64,000 nt of DNA, taken from Ignavibacteriaceae bacterium. Its GTDB lineage: Bacteria > Bacteroidota > Ignavibacteria > Ignavibacteriales > Ignavibacteriaceae. Made by a program: the position numbers and the translations under genes. The DNA lies in assembly GCA_035478175.1 (NCBI GenBank), contig DATIJX010000031.1, forward strand, positions 2,854 to 66,853, given 5' to 3'. Below, one piece after another: positions 10,466 to 19,260 of the stretch (positions within the stretch are counted from its first letter, which is position 1; the number at the start of each line of letters is the position of its first letter). The notes below the pieces were generated by a model. It was not told where the DNA came from. It worked only from the letters and a program-made list of their open reading frames with translations, and searched no databases.

Positions 10466-10495
10466 AAACCCCCATTTGAATCTGGGGGTTTCTTA
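10466..10495. terminator. bidirectional hairpin terminator between convergent genes
   Basis: AAACCCCCA (10466-10474) pairs with TGGGGGTTT (10483-10491). It is A-rich before and T-rich after. Confidence 0.7.
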
Positions 10496-10513
10496 TTAAG
10501 ACATGTCAAAATT

Positions 10514-12991
10514 TTATTTTATCAGCATCATCTTTTTTACCTGTAAGAATTCACTACTCTCCAAGCGATAAATGTAAGTACCGCTAGGAATATTTGCTGC
10601 ATTAAAAGTCACACTGTGATAACCTTGCTCATACATACCTTCCGCAAGTGTTGTAACCAGTTCACCGATCATATTGTAAATATTTATTTTTACCTGAGAA
10701 GCTTTTGGTAATGAGAATCCTATTGTTGTACTCGGGTTAAAAGGATTCGGATAATTTTGAAATAGTTCAAAGCTTGCTGGTAAGATTTCAACTTCTATTA
10801 TGTTTGAGTATTCAAACTTGCCATCAGTGTCAATTTGCTTTAGTCTGTATTGAAATCTGCTGCTACCCGCAGTATTGTTATCAACATAAGAATAAAACTT
10901 TGGTGAGCTGCTGTTTCCGTATCCGGGAACAAAACCTAAGTTTATCCAGTTGTCATTATTTGAATTGCGTTCTATCTGATAACCGGAATTGTTCAACTCC
11001 GTTGCGGTCTGCCAATTTAAAGTCACTTTGCTATTTAGAACATCAGCAGTAAATGAAACTAGCTCAACCGGAGTAACATCGTTTAGATATTTCAGTATTG
11101 TTCCATTCCACCCAGCAAACCAACCTGTATTTTCATTAATAAAAGAAGCGGAGAATAAATTATTTTCCGTAATTCCACTATAAGAAGTCCAAGTATTTCC
11201 CAGATCAGTTGAACTCATTATTGTTCCGTTTGAACCAGCCGCCCAGATCGTAGATGCATTTGTAAATAGTACTGTGTTCAGATTAGCTGAAGTTCCAGCG
11301 TTCTGAGCCAGCCAGTTTTCACCGGCATTAGTTGTGAGTAATATCGTTCCTGAATTTCCTGCACACACTCCAAGATTATTGTCAAAGAAGTGAACAGAAT
11401 TTAATGTTAATGAAGTACCACTTGACTTACTAAACCAGCTTTCACCTCCATCAGATGATTTGACTATACTACCTTCTGCGCCAACAGCCCAGCCATTATT
11501 CATATCAGAAAAATATATACTTCTGCTGCTTACTGAGCTTTTTTGTGTCCAACTGTTTCCGCCGTCAGTTGATTTGAATACACCAAGCGGTTCATAAACT
11601 GCCCAGCCTGTATCCTGATTTATAAATAGTTTTTGATTGCCTGCATTTCCTGTTGGTAACCAGGTTGCACCACCATCAGTAGTTTTGTAGGCACTCTTAT
11701 CATAAAAGTTTACCCAACCGATATTTTCATTCAGGAAGAAAATGCTTGCCGGAGTAGTGATAAAAGAATTGCCGAATTCTGAACTTGTTTCCCAAATTTT
11801 GCCGCCGTTAGTTGTTTTTAGAATTATAGGATAATACCAGATACCTTTTCTGTATCCAGCTGCCCAGCCAACATTGTCATTAATCATGAATACTGAAGTG
11901 ATCCAATCTCCGCTGTAATATAAATTATTGTTACCACTCAGTATTTGAGTCCAGGAGGATCCATTTGCTTCAGTTTTGTATATCACCCCACTATAACCAA
12001 CAGCCAACCCTTTCCCATCAGAGTTAACAAAGACAGAAAGTAAACCAGTTTGTTCTGAATAACCATATTTTTTTTGCCAAGTAGTTCCACCATCGGTCGT
12101 TGCAAAGATGCTTCTCCACCATCCATTACGGGTTCCGCCAACCGCATATCCATTATTTGTATCTTTGAAATAAATTGAACGAATACCTCTCTGAACATCG
12201 AGTGTGTTATCTTCAACAGGATGATCGGATGACCCTTCATTTTGGGTTGGTCTGTAAAGAATAGTTGAGTTCCAGGTTTCTCCGCCATCAGTAGTTTTAC
12301 TGATATTTCCCGAGTGATTTAAGAACTGACCTTCTGAACCGATATATCCGATATTTGCATCGACAAATTCAACGCAATTTATTATTGGTGTATTCAAAGA
12401 ACCAATGTTGAGAGTTTTTTGAGTCCAGTTTGATCCTCCGTCAGTAGTCTTAAGAAAATTACTCGAGTCTCTGCCACCTACAGCATATCCAATAAGAGCA
12501 TCAACAAAGTCCACTGAAAATAAATCGAAAGAAGAGCCGGTAGACTGGAAAATCCAGTTAGCTCCGCCGTCAATTGTTTTCAAGATGGTTTCATTATATC
12601 CTACGACATAACCGATGCTCTGATCTACAAAATGTAAATTCGTAAGAAGCTCAGTTGTTCCACTTGTAAGTTCAGTCCAGCTTTGTCCGCCATCAGTGGT
12701 CTTAATTATTAATCCATCTTCTCCGCAAATCCAACCAATATTTTCACTAATGAATTGGACGGATTTTAAGGTTAAAGCTGTTCCACCGTTTTGTTCAATC
12801 CAGTCTAATCCACCATTTGAAGTTTTATTAATGAATCCATCCGAGCCAACAATCCATCCGGTATTATCATCAATGAAAAATGTTGACCATAGGTGATTTC
12901 CCTCAGGAACAAGATTCTGATTTGTCCATTGAGAATTAATCGTTGCAGAGAAAAGTATAATTGAAATTAAAAATGGCAATAAAATTTTCAA
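10514..12991 (-). CDS. secreted multi-BNR/Asp-box (Ycf48/sortilin-like beta-propeller) protein with T9SS C-terminal domain
   Basis: Signal peptide and at least 12 copies of (T/S)(T/S)DGGxxW. The C-terminus FQNYPNPFNPSTTIGFSL...GTYIYRLES...KKMMLIK is the T9SS sorting tail. Confidence 0.85.
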   Translation of the reverse strand: MKILLPFLISIILFSATINSQWTNQNLVPEGNHLWSTFFIDDNTGWIVGSDGFINKTSNGGLDWIEQNGGTALTLKSVQFISENIGWICGEDGLIIKTTDGGQSWTELTSGTTELLTNLHFVDQSIGYVVGYNETILKTIDGGANWIFQSTGSSFDLFSVDFVDALIGYAVGGRDSSNFLKTTDGGSNWTQKTLNIGSLNTPIINCVEFVDANIGYIGSEGQFLNHSGNISKTTDGGETWNSTILYRPTQNEGSSDHPVEDNTLDVQRGIRSIYFKDTNNGYAVGGTRNGWWRSIFATTDGGTTWQKKYGYSEQTGLLSVFVNSDGKGLAVGYSGVIYKTEANGSSWTQILSGNNNLYYSGDWITSVFMINDNVGWAAGYRKGIWYYPIILKTTNGGKIWETSSEFGNSFITTPASIFFLNENIGWVNFYDKSAYKTTDGGATWLPTGNAGNQKLFINQDTGWAVYEPLGVFKSTDGGNSWTQKSSVSSRSIYFSDMNNGWAVGAEGSIVKSSDGGESWFSKSSGTSLTLNSVHFFDNNLGVCAGNSGTILLTTNAGENWLAQNAGTSANLNTVLFTNASTIWAAGSNGTIMSSTDLGNTWTSYSGITENNLFSASFINENTGWFAGWNGTILKYLNDVTPVELVSFTADVLNSKVTLNWQTATELNNSGYQIERNSNNDNWINLGFVPGYGNSSSPKFYSYVDNNTAGSSRFQYRLKQIDTDGKFEYSNIIEVEILPASFELFQNYPNPFNPSTTIGFSLPKASQVKINIYNMIGELVTTLAEGMYEQGYHSVTFNAANIPSGTYIYRLESSEFLQVKKMMLIK

Positions 12992-13366
12992 GTTTCCCTC
13001 CTTACGGGATTCAGGTTACTTTGCCCCAAAGATCCGGATGCCTATAACCATTTTAGATTAATTTAATATTCAAACAAGATTTATTAACGAAATAGTCTTA
13101 ATGTTTATTTCGATATAGAGTATGACAATCATAATGCCATTGAAAAAAAATAGTAAAATGAAGAAATATTCTTGTTTTGAGCGCTCTATTAGAGATTTGG
13201 TATTAATATAAGACACAGTGCAAATCCCAAATACTTTTGGCTTAAAATGGAGAGTAAATAAAACTCATAATTCCAGATTGTATTTTTAAGAGTATAAAAA
13301 TTACAAATTATGTTTATTCTTAATACACAATCATAATTTTATCCGTTAAAATTAAAATTTCGAGTA

Positions 13367-14281
13367 TTGAACTACATCGGTGAAATAAGTGCACTCGCAA
13401 CAGCTTTCTGCTGGTCAATAACTTCTTATGCATTTACGAATGCCTCGAGGAGAGTTGGTGCAATTCAAGTTAACATTGACAGGATGGCGTTTGCGAGTAT
13501 TATTCTATTCTTGATCATATCCGTATTTGGAATTAGTCTCACATTAACTTTCAACCAGGTTTCTAATCTTGTTATAAGTGGAATACTTGGTTTGGTATTA
13601 GGCGATTCCTTTCTCTTCAAATCATTTCAAATGATAGGGGCAAGACTTGGCATAATTATAATGGCAGCAGTACCTGTTCTAAGTACAATACTTGCCTTTT
13701 TCTTTTTGAATGAAATTATTTCTTATCTCGGAATGTTTGGTATGCTTCTTACGATTACCGGAATATTGATTGTTGTTCTTGAAAGAAAAAATTCAGATGA
13801 GAATAATATCTCGATTAATAAACTTGGTATCTTCTATGGATTTCTCGGTGCGCTCGGTCAGGCAACTGGATTGATCTTTGCCAAGTTTGCATTTTTGGAA
13901 AACCTCGTCGAAGACGGGCAGGGCGGTGAGTTGAACGGCTTTGCTGCGAGCTTTATAAGATTGTTTTCTGCAACCATAATAATCCTTCCCCTTGCTTCAA
14001 CATTCAGAAGATATAAAAATCCATTTAGTATTTATTCAAAAGATATTTATTCAGCCAAAGTAATTTTAATTGGAACAGTATTCGGACCGGTACTTGGAAT
14101 TACCGGGAGTTTAATTGCGATCGCCTATGCAAAAGTTGGAATAGCTTCAACTTTGATGGCAACGATGCCGATTATCATGCTGCCGATAGCAAGATTTTAT
14201 TTTAAAGAGAAGCTGGATTGGAAAGCTATAATTGGTGCATTCGTAGCTGTAGTTGGTGCTGCAATTATTTTTCTCCGGTGA
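13367..14281 (+). CDS. DMT/EamA-family transporter
   Basis: 304-aa polytopic ORF with a TTG start as given by the track. The exact start is uncertain. Confidence 0.8.
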   Translation: MNYIGEISALATAFCWSITSYAFTNASRRVGAIQVNIDRMAFASIILFLIISVFGISLTLTFNQVSNLVISGILGLVLGDSFLFKSFQMIGARLGIIIMAAVPVLSTILAFFFLNEIISYLGMFGMLLTITGILIVVLERKNSDENNISINKLGIFYGFLGALGQATGLIFAKFAFLENLVEDGQGGELNGFAASFIRLFSATIIILPLASTFRRYKNPFSIYSKDIYSAKVILIGTVFGPVLGITGSLIAIAYAKVGIASTLMATMPIIMLPIARFYFKEKLDWKAIIGAFVAVVGAAIIFLR

Positions 14282-14325
14282 TTTACTCAACACACTGAGT
14301 AATTTTACTCAATGGACTGAGTAAA
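14282..14325. promoter_or_regulatory. two tandem palindromes TTTACTCA-N6-TGAGTAA(A/T) spaced 22 bp apart
   Basis: Palindromes at 14282-14303 and 14304-14325, directly after the DMT stop and about 100 nt upstream of hicB. They could be an operator or a pair of weak terminator hairpins. Confidence 0.4.
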
Positions 14326-14424
14326 TACAGATAATGATTATAGAAGGAGAATTGCTTTTTTACCCCCTCTTCTATAAGTTTAAAAAAAGTTTTTTGGTAT
14401 ATATGAGAAAATGGAAGTAAAATT

Positions 14425-14667
14425 ATGCTTTTAGACTATATAGATAGCGCAATGAAGCAAGCCCGCTATGAAATTTTGAAAGATGATAATTCTTATTATG
14501 GAGAAATTCCTGGTTTTGAAGGCGTATTTGCAAATGCGGGAGATCTTGAATCCTGTAGAAATCAACTAAGGGAAGTATTAGAAGAGTGGATTCTGTTTAG
14601 AGTTTCAAGAAATCTTGCACTGCCGGAAGTCAGCGGATTAAAACTCAAAATTGTTGAAGTTGCTTAG
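14425..14667 (+). CDS. hicB: HicB-like (UPF0150) antitoxin, no DNA-binding extension
   Basis: 80 aa. YEILKDDNSYYGEIPGFEGVFANAGDLESCRNQLREVLEEWI matches the HicB N-domain pattern. Confidence 0.7.
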   Translation: MLLDYIDSAMKQARYEILKDDNSYYGEIPGFEGVFANAGDLESCRNQLREVLEEWILFRVSRNLALPEVSGLKLKIVEVA

Positions 14668-14885
14668 TGCCTTCAATCAAACCATTAAAGAGAAAAGAAC
14701 TAATTCACTACTTGAAGAAGTTTGGATTTGAAGGACCTTATTCAGGTGGTAAACATCAGTTTCTGATAAAAGGAAATTTGACTCTTGTAATCCCTAATCC
14801 TCATAGAGGAGATATTGGCGTGGAACTGTTAACGAGAGTTTTGAAGCAAGCAATAATCACCAGAGATGAATGGGAAAAACTTTAA
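14667..14885 (+). CDS. hicA: HicA-family mRNA interferase toxin
   Basis: 72 aa. LKRKELIHYLKKFGFE...GGKHQFL...IPNPHRGDIG is the YcfA/HicA pattern. The GTG start overlaps the hicB stop (TAGTG). Confidence 0.8.
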   Translation: MPSIKPLKRKELIHYLKKFGFEGPYSGGKHQFLIKGNLTLVIPNPHRGDIGVELLTRVLKQAIITRDEWEKL

Positions 14886-14891
14886 TAAAAA

Positions 14892-15432
14892 TCACATAGA
14901 CAAAGTTTTTTTATAAGCCTCATAAGTTACTTCATCAAAACAAACAAAAATTACTTTCTCTATCGACTCATTCTCTTCTAAAAACTTTTTCACTTCTGTT
15001 ACTGCAATCTTTGTTGCTCTCTCCAATGGGAATCGATAAACTCCTGTACTGATTGCAGGGAAGGCGATTATTTTGATTTTATTTTCAACTGCAAGTCTCA
15101 ATGAATTTTTATAACAGCTTGCAAGAAGATTATCTTCTTTAGTAACCGCTTCGGTTACATTATTCTTACCCCCATTCCAAATAGGTCCGACTGTATGAAT
15201 AATATATTTAGCAGGAAGATTAAATCCCGGAGATATTTTTGCTTAGCCGGTTTTGCATCCACCAAGTTTTTTATTGAACTCTAGCAGTTCGGAGACGGCA
15301 GCTCGATGAATAGCACCATCAACTCCACCACCGCCAAGCAGAGAAGTATTCGCAGCGTTTATCCCGCAAAGGCGGGACATCAACTTTAACTTTGGTTATG
15401 TCACCTTTTTGGATTTCTATTCGATTTGTCAT
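14892..15432 (-). pseudogene. macro-domain (YmdB-type O-acetyl-ADP-ribose deacetylase) pseudogene
   Basis: The minus strand reads [18 protein letters not shown], then shifts frame at a 16-nt perfect palindrome (15363-15378). In the next frame it reads [21 protein letters not shown]...GGCKTG, a TAA (15243-15245) where Glu is expected, then AKISPGFNLPAKYIIHTVGPIW...AFPAISTGVYRFP. Confidence 0.85.
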
Positions 15433-15601
15433 TCTATCAAGCCTGTATGAAAATGATTAGAGTCAGTTGCAGAAAACTAATTAGAAATCAGCTTTTTATC
15501 ATAAAAGCAAGATAATCGAATAGGTTATTTTCCTTAAATTTGAGCCAGCAAACTTTCTGTTTTTTAAATATTCAGCAATCTAATTCCGGAGAAAAATTTC
15601 A

Positions 15602-17320
15602 ATGTCAAATTTCCAGCCAAATATGAAATCATACGAAGAAGAATATAAAAATTTTTCATGGCAGATTTCCAGAAATGAACTTGGTTATAATGATGGAGAC
15701 GTAATCAACATCGGTGAATACTGTACTGACAGAATCTGCCGAATGGGTAAAGCAAAAAAGCTTGCTCTCATTTGGGAAGGTTATGAAGGAGAAGAAAAGA
15801 GATACACATTTGATGATATGCGGATGCTTACCAACACGATCGCAACATTTCTTCAGAAGCTTGGAATTAATCCCGGTGACAGAGTTTGTTTGTTTATGGA
15901 TAAAGTCCCGGAACTTTATTTTGGATTTCTCGGCATTCTTAAAATGGGGGCGATTGCACAACCGTTGTTTTCTGCATTCGGCTCCGAATCACTTCTTACA
16001 AGACTTGAAGATGCGCAAACATCAGCAATCTTCACTCAGAAAAAACATCTGCCAAAAGTAAGAAACATAGTTGAACAATTACCTTCGTTAAAAAATATTA
16101 TTGTTGTTGATGATGACGGCAGCAAGCCATTGAGAGAAAAAGAAATTGCTTTTCATATGGATAAAGCAGAGAGAGTTAATGATTTTAAAATTTATCCTTC
16201 GAAAGCAGAGACACCTTCAGTTTTACATTACACTTCAGGAACAACAGGAAAACCAAAAGGTGCACAGCACGTTCATTACTCATTGATCTCTCAATACATA
16301 ACTGCAAAATATGTTCTCGATATAAAAGATGAAGATATTTATTGGTGCACAGCAGATCCCGGCTGGGTTACAGGAACTTCGTACGGAATTATCGGAGCGT
16401 GGGCAAATGCAGCAACTCAGTGTGTGCTCGATGCAGGTTTCAAAGCAGAAACTTGGTATAAATTTATTGAAAAACATAAAATCACACTTTGGTATTCCGC
16501 ACCCACTGCAATAAGAGCTTTGATGAAAGAAGGAACCGAGGCGGTAAAAAAACATAATCTATCTTCACTTCGTCATCTGGCAAGTGTTGGTGAACCGCTG
16601 AATGCGGAAGCAGTTATCTGGTCGAAGGAAGTATTCGGACTTCCATTCCTCGATACATATTGGCAGACAGAAACAGGAAGTATCGTTATCAGTAATTATC
16701 CGGGAATGAAAATAAAACCCGGCTCAATGGGAAAGGCTTTTCCTGGAGTAACTGCAACGGTTGTTGATTTGAAAACTCATCAGCCGATTGAGAAAAGAGG
16801 AATTGTCGGAATGATTGCACTCAAGCCCGACTGGCCTGCGATGTTCCGAACTTACTGGAATAACAAAGAAACGTATGATAAAAAGTTTCAGAATGGCTGG
16901 TATCTTTGCGGTGATAGAGCAAGCATTGATGAAGAAGGTTACTTCTGGTTTGTCGGAAGAGATGATGATGTTATAAATACTGCAGGACATCTCGTTGGTC
17001 CTTTTGAAATTGAATCTGCATTGCTTGAGCATCCTGCAGTTGCTGAGTCTGCTGTCGTAGGAAAACCTGATCCTATGAATATGGAAGTTGTTAAAGCATT
17101 CATAGCACTTAAGCCGGGGAACGAAAAAACAAAAATGCTCGAACTTGAGATAATGAATTTTGTAAGAAAGAAACTTTCCGCGCTTGCAATGCCGCAGGAA
17201 ATTGAGTTTGTGGATTCACTGCCGAAGACACGCAGCGGAAAAATTATGCGTCGTGTTCTTCGTGCAAAAGAGTGGGGCGAAGAGATTGGAGATATTTCTA
17301 CACTTGAGAATGATATGTAA
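15602..17320 (+). CDS. acsA: AMP-forming acetyl-CoA synthetase-like ligase (B. subtilis AcsA type)
   Basis: 572 aa. YTSGTTGKPKG, DIYWCTADPGWVTG, YWQTETG and PKTRSGKIMRR. It is colinear with my recollection of B. subtilis AcsA, which is also 572 aa. Confidence 0.8.
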   Translation: MSNFQPNMKSYEEEYKNFSWQISRNELGYNDGDVINIGEYCTDRICRMGKAKKLALIWEGYEGEEKRYTFDDMRMLTNTIATFLQKLGINPGDRVCLFMDKVPELYFGFLGILKMGAIAQPLFSAFGSESLLTRLEDAQTSAIFTQKKHLPKVRNIVEQLPSLKNIIVVDDDGSKPLREKEIAFHMDKAERVNDFKIYPSKAETPSVLHYTSGTTGKPKGAQHVHYSLISQYITAKYVLDIKDEDIYWCTADPGWVTGTSYGIIGAWANAATQCVLDAGFKAETWYKFIEKHKITLWYSAPTAIRALMKEGTEAVKKHNLSSLRHLASVGEPLNAEAVIWSKEVFGLPFLDTYWQTETGSIVISNYPGMKIKPGSMGKAFPGVTATVVDLKTHQPIEKRGIVGMIALKPDWPAMFRTYWNNKETYDKKFQNGWYLCGDRASIDEEGYFWFVGRDDDVINTAGHLVGPFEIESALLEHPAVAESAVVGKPDPMNMEVVKAFIALKPGNEKTKMLELEIMNFVRKKLSALAMPQEIEFVDSLPKTRSGKIMRRVLRAKEWGEEIGDISTLENDM

Positions 17321-17324
17321 ATTT

Positions 17325-17345
17325 ATCCCGAATTTATTTCGGGAT
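17325..17345 (+). terminator. hairpin after acsA-like gene
   Basis: ATCCCGAA-TTTAT-TTCGGGAT lies 5 nt after the stop. There is no clear T-run. Confidence 0.45.
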
Positions 17346-17360
17346 CTTCAGTAAAAATTT

Positions 17361-17425
17361 GAGATGCTGAAATGAATTCAGCATGACGGAGCAGAAATTA
17401 ATAACTATATAAACGGAGTTAAAAA
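17361..17425 (+). repeat. copy 1 of duplicated hairpin + RBS leader (no start codon follows)
   Basis: ATGCTGAA-N5-TTCAGCAT (17364-17384) and ATATAAACGGAGTTAAAAA (17407-17425). Confidence 0.7.
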
Positions 17426-17440
17426 CTTAAGTTAAACAAA

Positions 17441-17540
17441 GAACTCTTCCCCCGTCCCCTTCTCTTGAGAAGAGAAGGGGAGACTTGGTTCTTTATTTAC
17501 AAGTCCCTCTCTTTGTAAGAGAGGGATTTAGGGTGAGTTC
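17441..17540. repeat. MITE-like composite, same family as 7308-7450
   Basis: Left module is GAACTCTTCCCCCGT + CCCCTTCTCTT-GAG-AAGAGAAGGGG (17441-17480). Right module is TCCCTCTCTT-TGT-AAGAGAGGGA + TTTAGGGTGAGTTC (17504-17540). Confidence 0.7.
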
Positions 17541-17570
17541 GCTTTGTGTATAAATGACTAACTATTAATA

Positions 17571-17635
17571 AAGATGCTGAAACAAGTTCAGCATGAAGAC
17601 TAAAAAATTCAAAACAATATAAACGGAGTTAAAAA
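17571..17635 (+). repeat. copy 2 of duplicated hairpin + RBS leader (feeds the ACP gene)
   Basis: ATGCTGAA-N5-TTCAGCAT (17574-17594) and ATATAAACGGAGTTAAAAA (17617-17635), followed by ATG at 17638. Confidence 0.7.
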
Positions 17636-17637
17636 TT

Positions 17638-17892
17638 ATGGCATCTATCAAAGACACAATCCTTCAGTACGTAAAGAATGAGTACCTGGAAACGGACGAC
17701 GACAGGGAAATTACTTATGACACGCCTCTCATCTCAGGAGGAATAGTTGATTCTTTCTCAATGGTTTCTTTAAAAGTTTTTCTCGAAACAAAATTCAACA
17801 TTCAGATACCGGATGCAAAGGCTTCTCCAGAAGCGTTCGACAGTGTAAATAACATCGTGAATCTTCTTAAAGAATTTTCCGTTAAGGAGTAA
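17638..17892 (+). CDS. acyl carrier protein (stand-alone, DltC/ACP-like)
   Basis: 84 aa. GGIVDSFSMVSL carries the phosphopantetheine-Ser motif at the usual position. GGAG RBS upstream. Confidence 0.8.
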   Translation: MASIKDTILQYVKNEYLETDDDREITYDTPLISGGIVDSFSMVSLKVFLETKFNIQIPDAKASPEAFDSVNNIVNLLKEFSVKE

Positions 17893-17897
17893 ATAAA

Positions 17898-19145
17898 ATG
17901 GCATACAATGTAGACGTTCGAAAAGTTTATGCCGATCAGCTTGAAGATTTAAAGTCTCAGGGCATCTTCAAAGAAGAAAGAGCGATTTGCGCTCCGCAGG
18001 ATTCCGAGATCGAAGTTGAATTCCCGATCGGCTCAGAGAAGAAAAAAGTAATTAATATGTGTGCGAATAATTATCTCGGACTTTCATCTCATCCAGAAGT
18101 AGTTAAAGCTGCGCACGATGGACTCGATGTAAGAGGTTATGGAATGTCTTCCGTAAGATTTATCTGCGGAACACAGGATATCCACAAAGAGCTTGAAAGA
18201 AAACTGACGGAATTTTTAGGAACAGAAGATACAATTCTCTTTCCTTCCTGTATGGATGCAAACGCCGGAGTGTTTGAAGCAATATTAACAGATCAGGATG
18301 TGATGATTGCTGACAGACTTGTTCACGCTTCAATAATTGATGGAATGCGATTGTGCAAAGCGCAGAACGATTCTTACAAACATTCCGATATGGCTCATCT
18401 TGAAGAAAAGCTTCAGCTTCATCAGAATAAAAGATTGAGAATGGTAATAACTGATGGCGCATTTTCAATGGATGGCGATCTTGCAAAGCTGGATAAAATC
18501 GTTGAGCTTGCAGAAAAATATAATGCGATGGTTTTTGTTGATGACTCGCACGCAAGCGGTTACATCGGAAGAACAGGAAGAGGAGCTCACGAACATTTTA
18601 ATGTTCTTGGCAAAATAGATATCATCACAACAACTTTGGGTAAAGCACTCGGCGGTGCTAGCGGTGGTTGTGTTTCCGGCAGGAAAGAAATTGTTGAAAT
18701 GTGCAGACAGAAAGCACGCCCTTATCTTTTCTCAAACACAGTTGCACCTGTAATTGTTGAAGGTGCATTGAGAGTTCTCGAAATTATTTCTCGGTCAACT
18801 GAAAGAAGAGATAAGCTTGAAGAGAATTCAACTTTTTGGAGAAAAGGTTTAACCGAAGCTGGCTTTATAATTAAAGCAGGTGAAACGGCAATTGTTCCTG
18901 TTATGCTTTTCAATGCAAAACTTTCGCAGGATGTTGCAAAAGATCTTTATGCTGAAGGAATTTATGCAGTTGGTTTCTTCTTCCCGGTAGTACCAAAAGG
19001 ACAGGCGAGGATTAGAACGCAATTATCCGCTGCACACGAAAGACATCATCTTGAAAAAGCTCTCGCTGCTTTTATTAAAGTCGGAAAGAAGTACGATATT
19101 CTTGGAAAGACAAAGCAGGAGATAATTGATAAGTACGGGATGTGA
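17898..19145 (+). CDS. alpha-oxoamine synthase, Kbl-like (2-amino-3-ketobutyrate CoA ligase family), ACP-coupled paralog
   Basis: 415 aa. [46 protein letters not shown] (PLP lysine) and [13 protein letters not shown]. It starts 5 nt after the ACP stop, with AAGGAG spanning that stop. Confidence 0.85.
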   Translation: MAYNVDVRKVYADQLEDLKSQGIFKEERAICAPQDSEIEVEFPIGSEKKKVINMCANNYLGLSSHPEVVKAAHDGLDVRGYGMSSVRFICGTQDIHKELERKLTEFLGTEDTILFPSCMDANAGVFEAILTDQDVMIADRLVHASIIDGMRLCKAQNDSYKHSDMAHLEEKLQLHQNKRLRMVITDGAFSMDGDLAKLDKIVELAEKYNAMVFVDDSHASGYIGRTGRGAHEHFNVLGKIDIITTTLGKALGGASGGCVSGRKEIVEMCRQKARPYLFSNTVAPVIVEGALRVLEIISRSTERRDKLEENSTFWRKGLTEAGFIIKAGETAIVPVMLFNAKLSQDVAKDLYAEGIYAVGFFFPVVPKGQARIRTQLSAAHERHHLEKALAAFIKVGKKYDILGKTKQEIIDKYGM

Positions 19146-19173
19146 ATAAATTGATTTTCTTCTATTCTTTTTT

Positions 19174-19260
19174 GCCCCCATCTAAAGATGGGGGCTATAT
19201 TTCTTCTCTCATAATATTTTTCAAATTTAATTAAAAATAGCCCCGACCTTCAGGTCGGGG
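19174..19260. repeat. two GC-rich hairpins in AT-rich spacer
   Basis: GCCCCCATC-TAAA-GATGGGGGC (19174-19195) and CCCCGACC-TTCA-GGTCGGGG (19241-19260). Confidence 0.6.
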
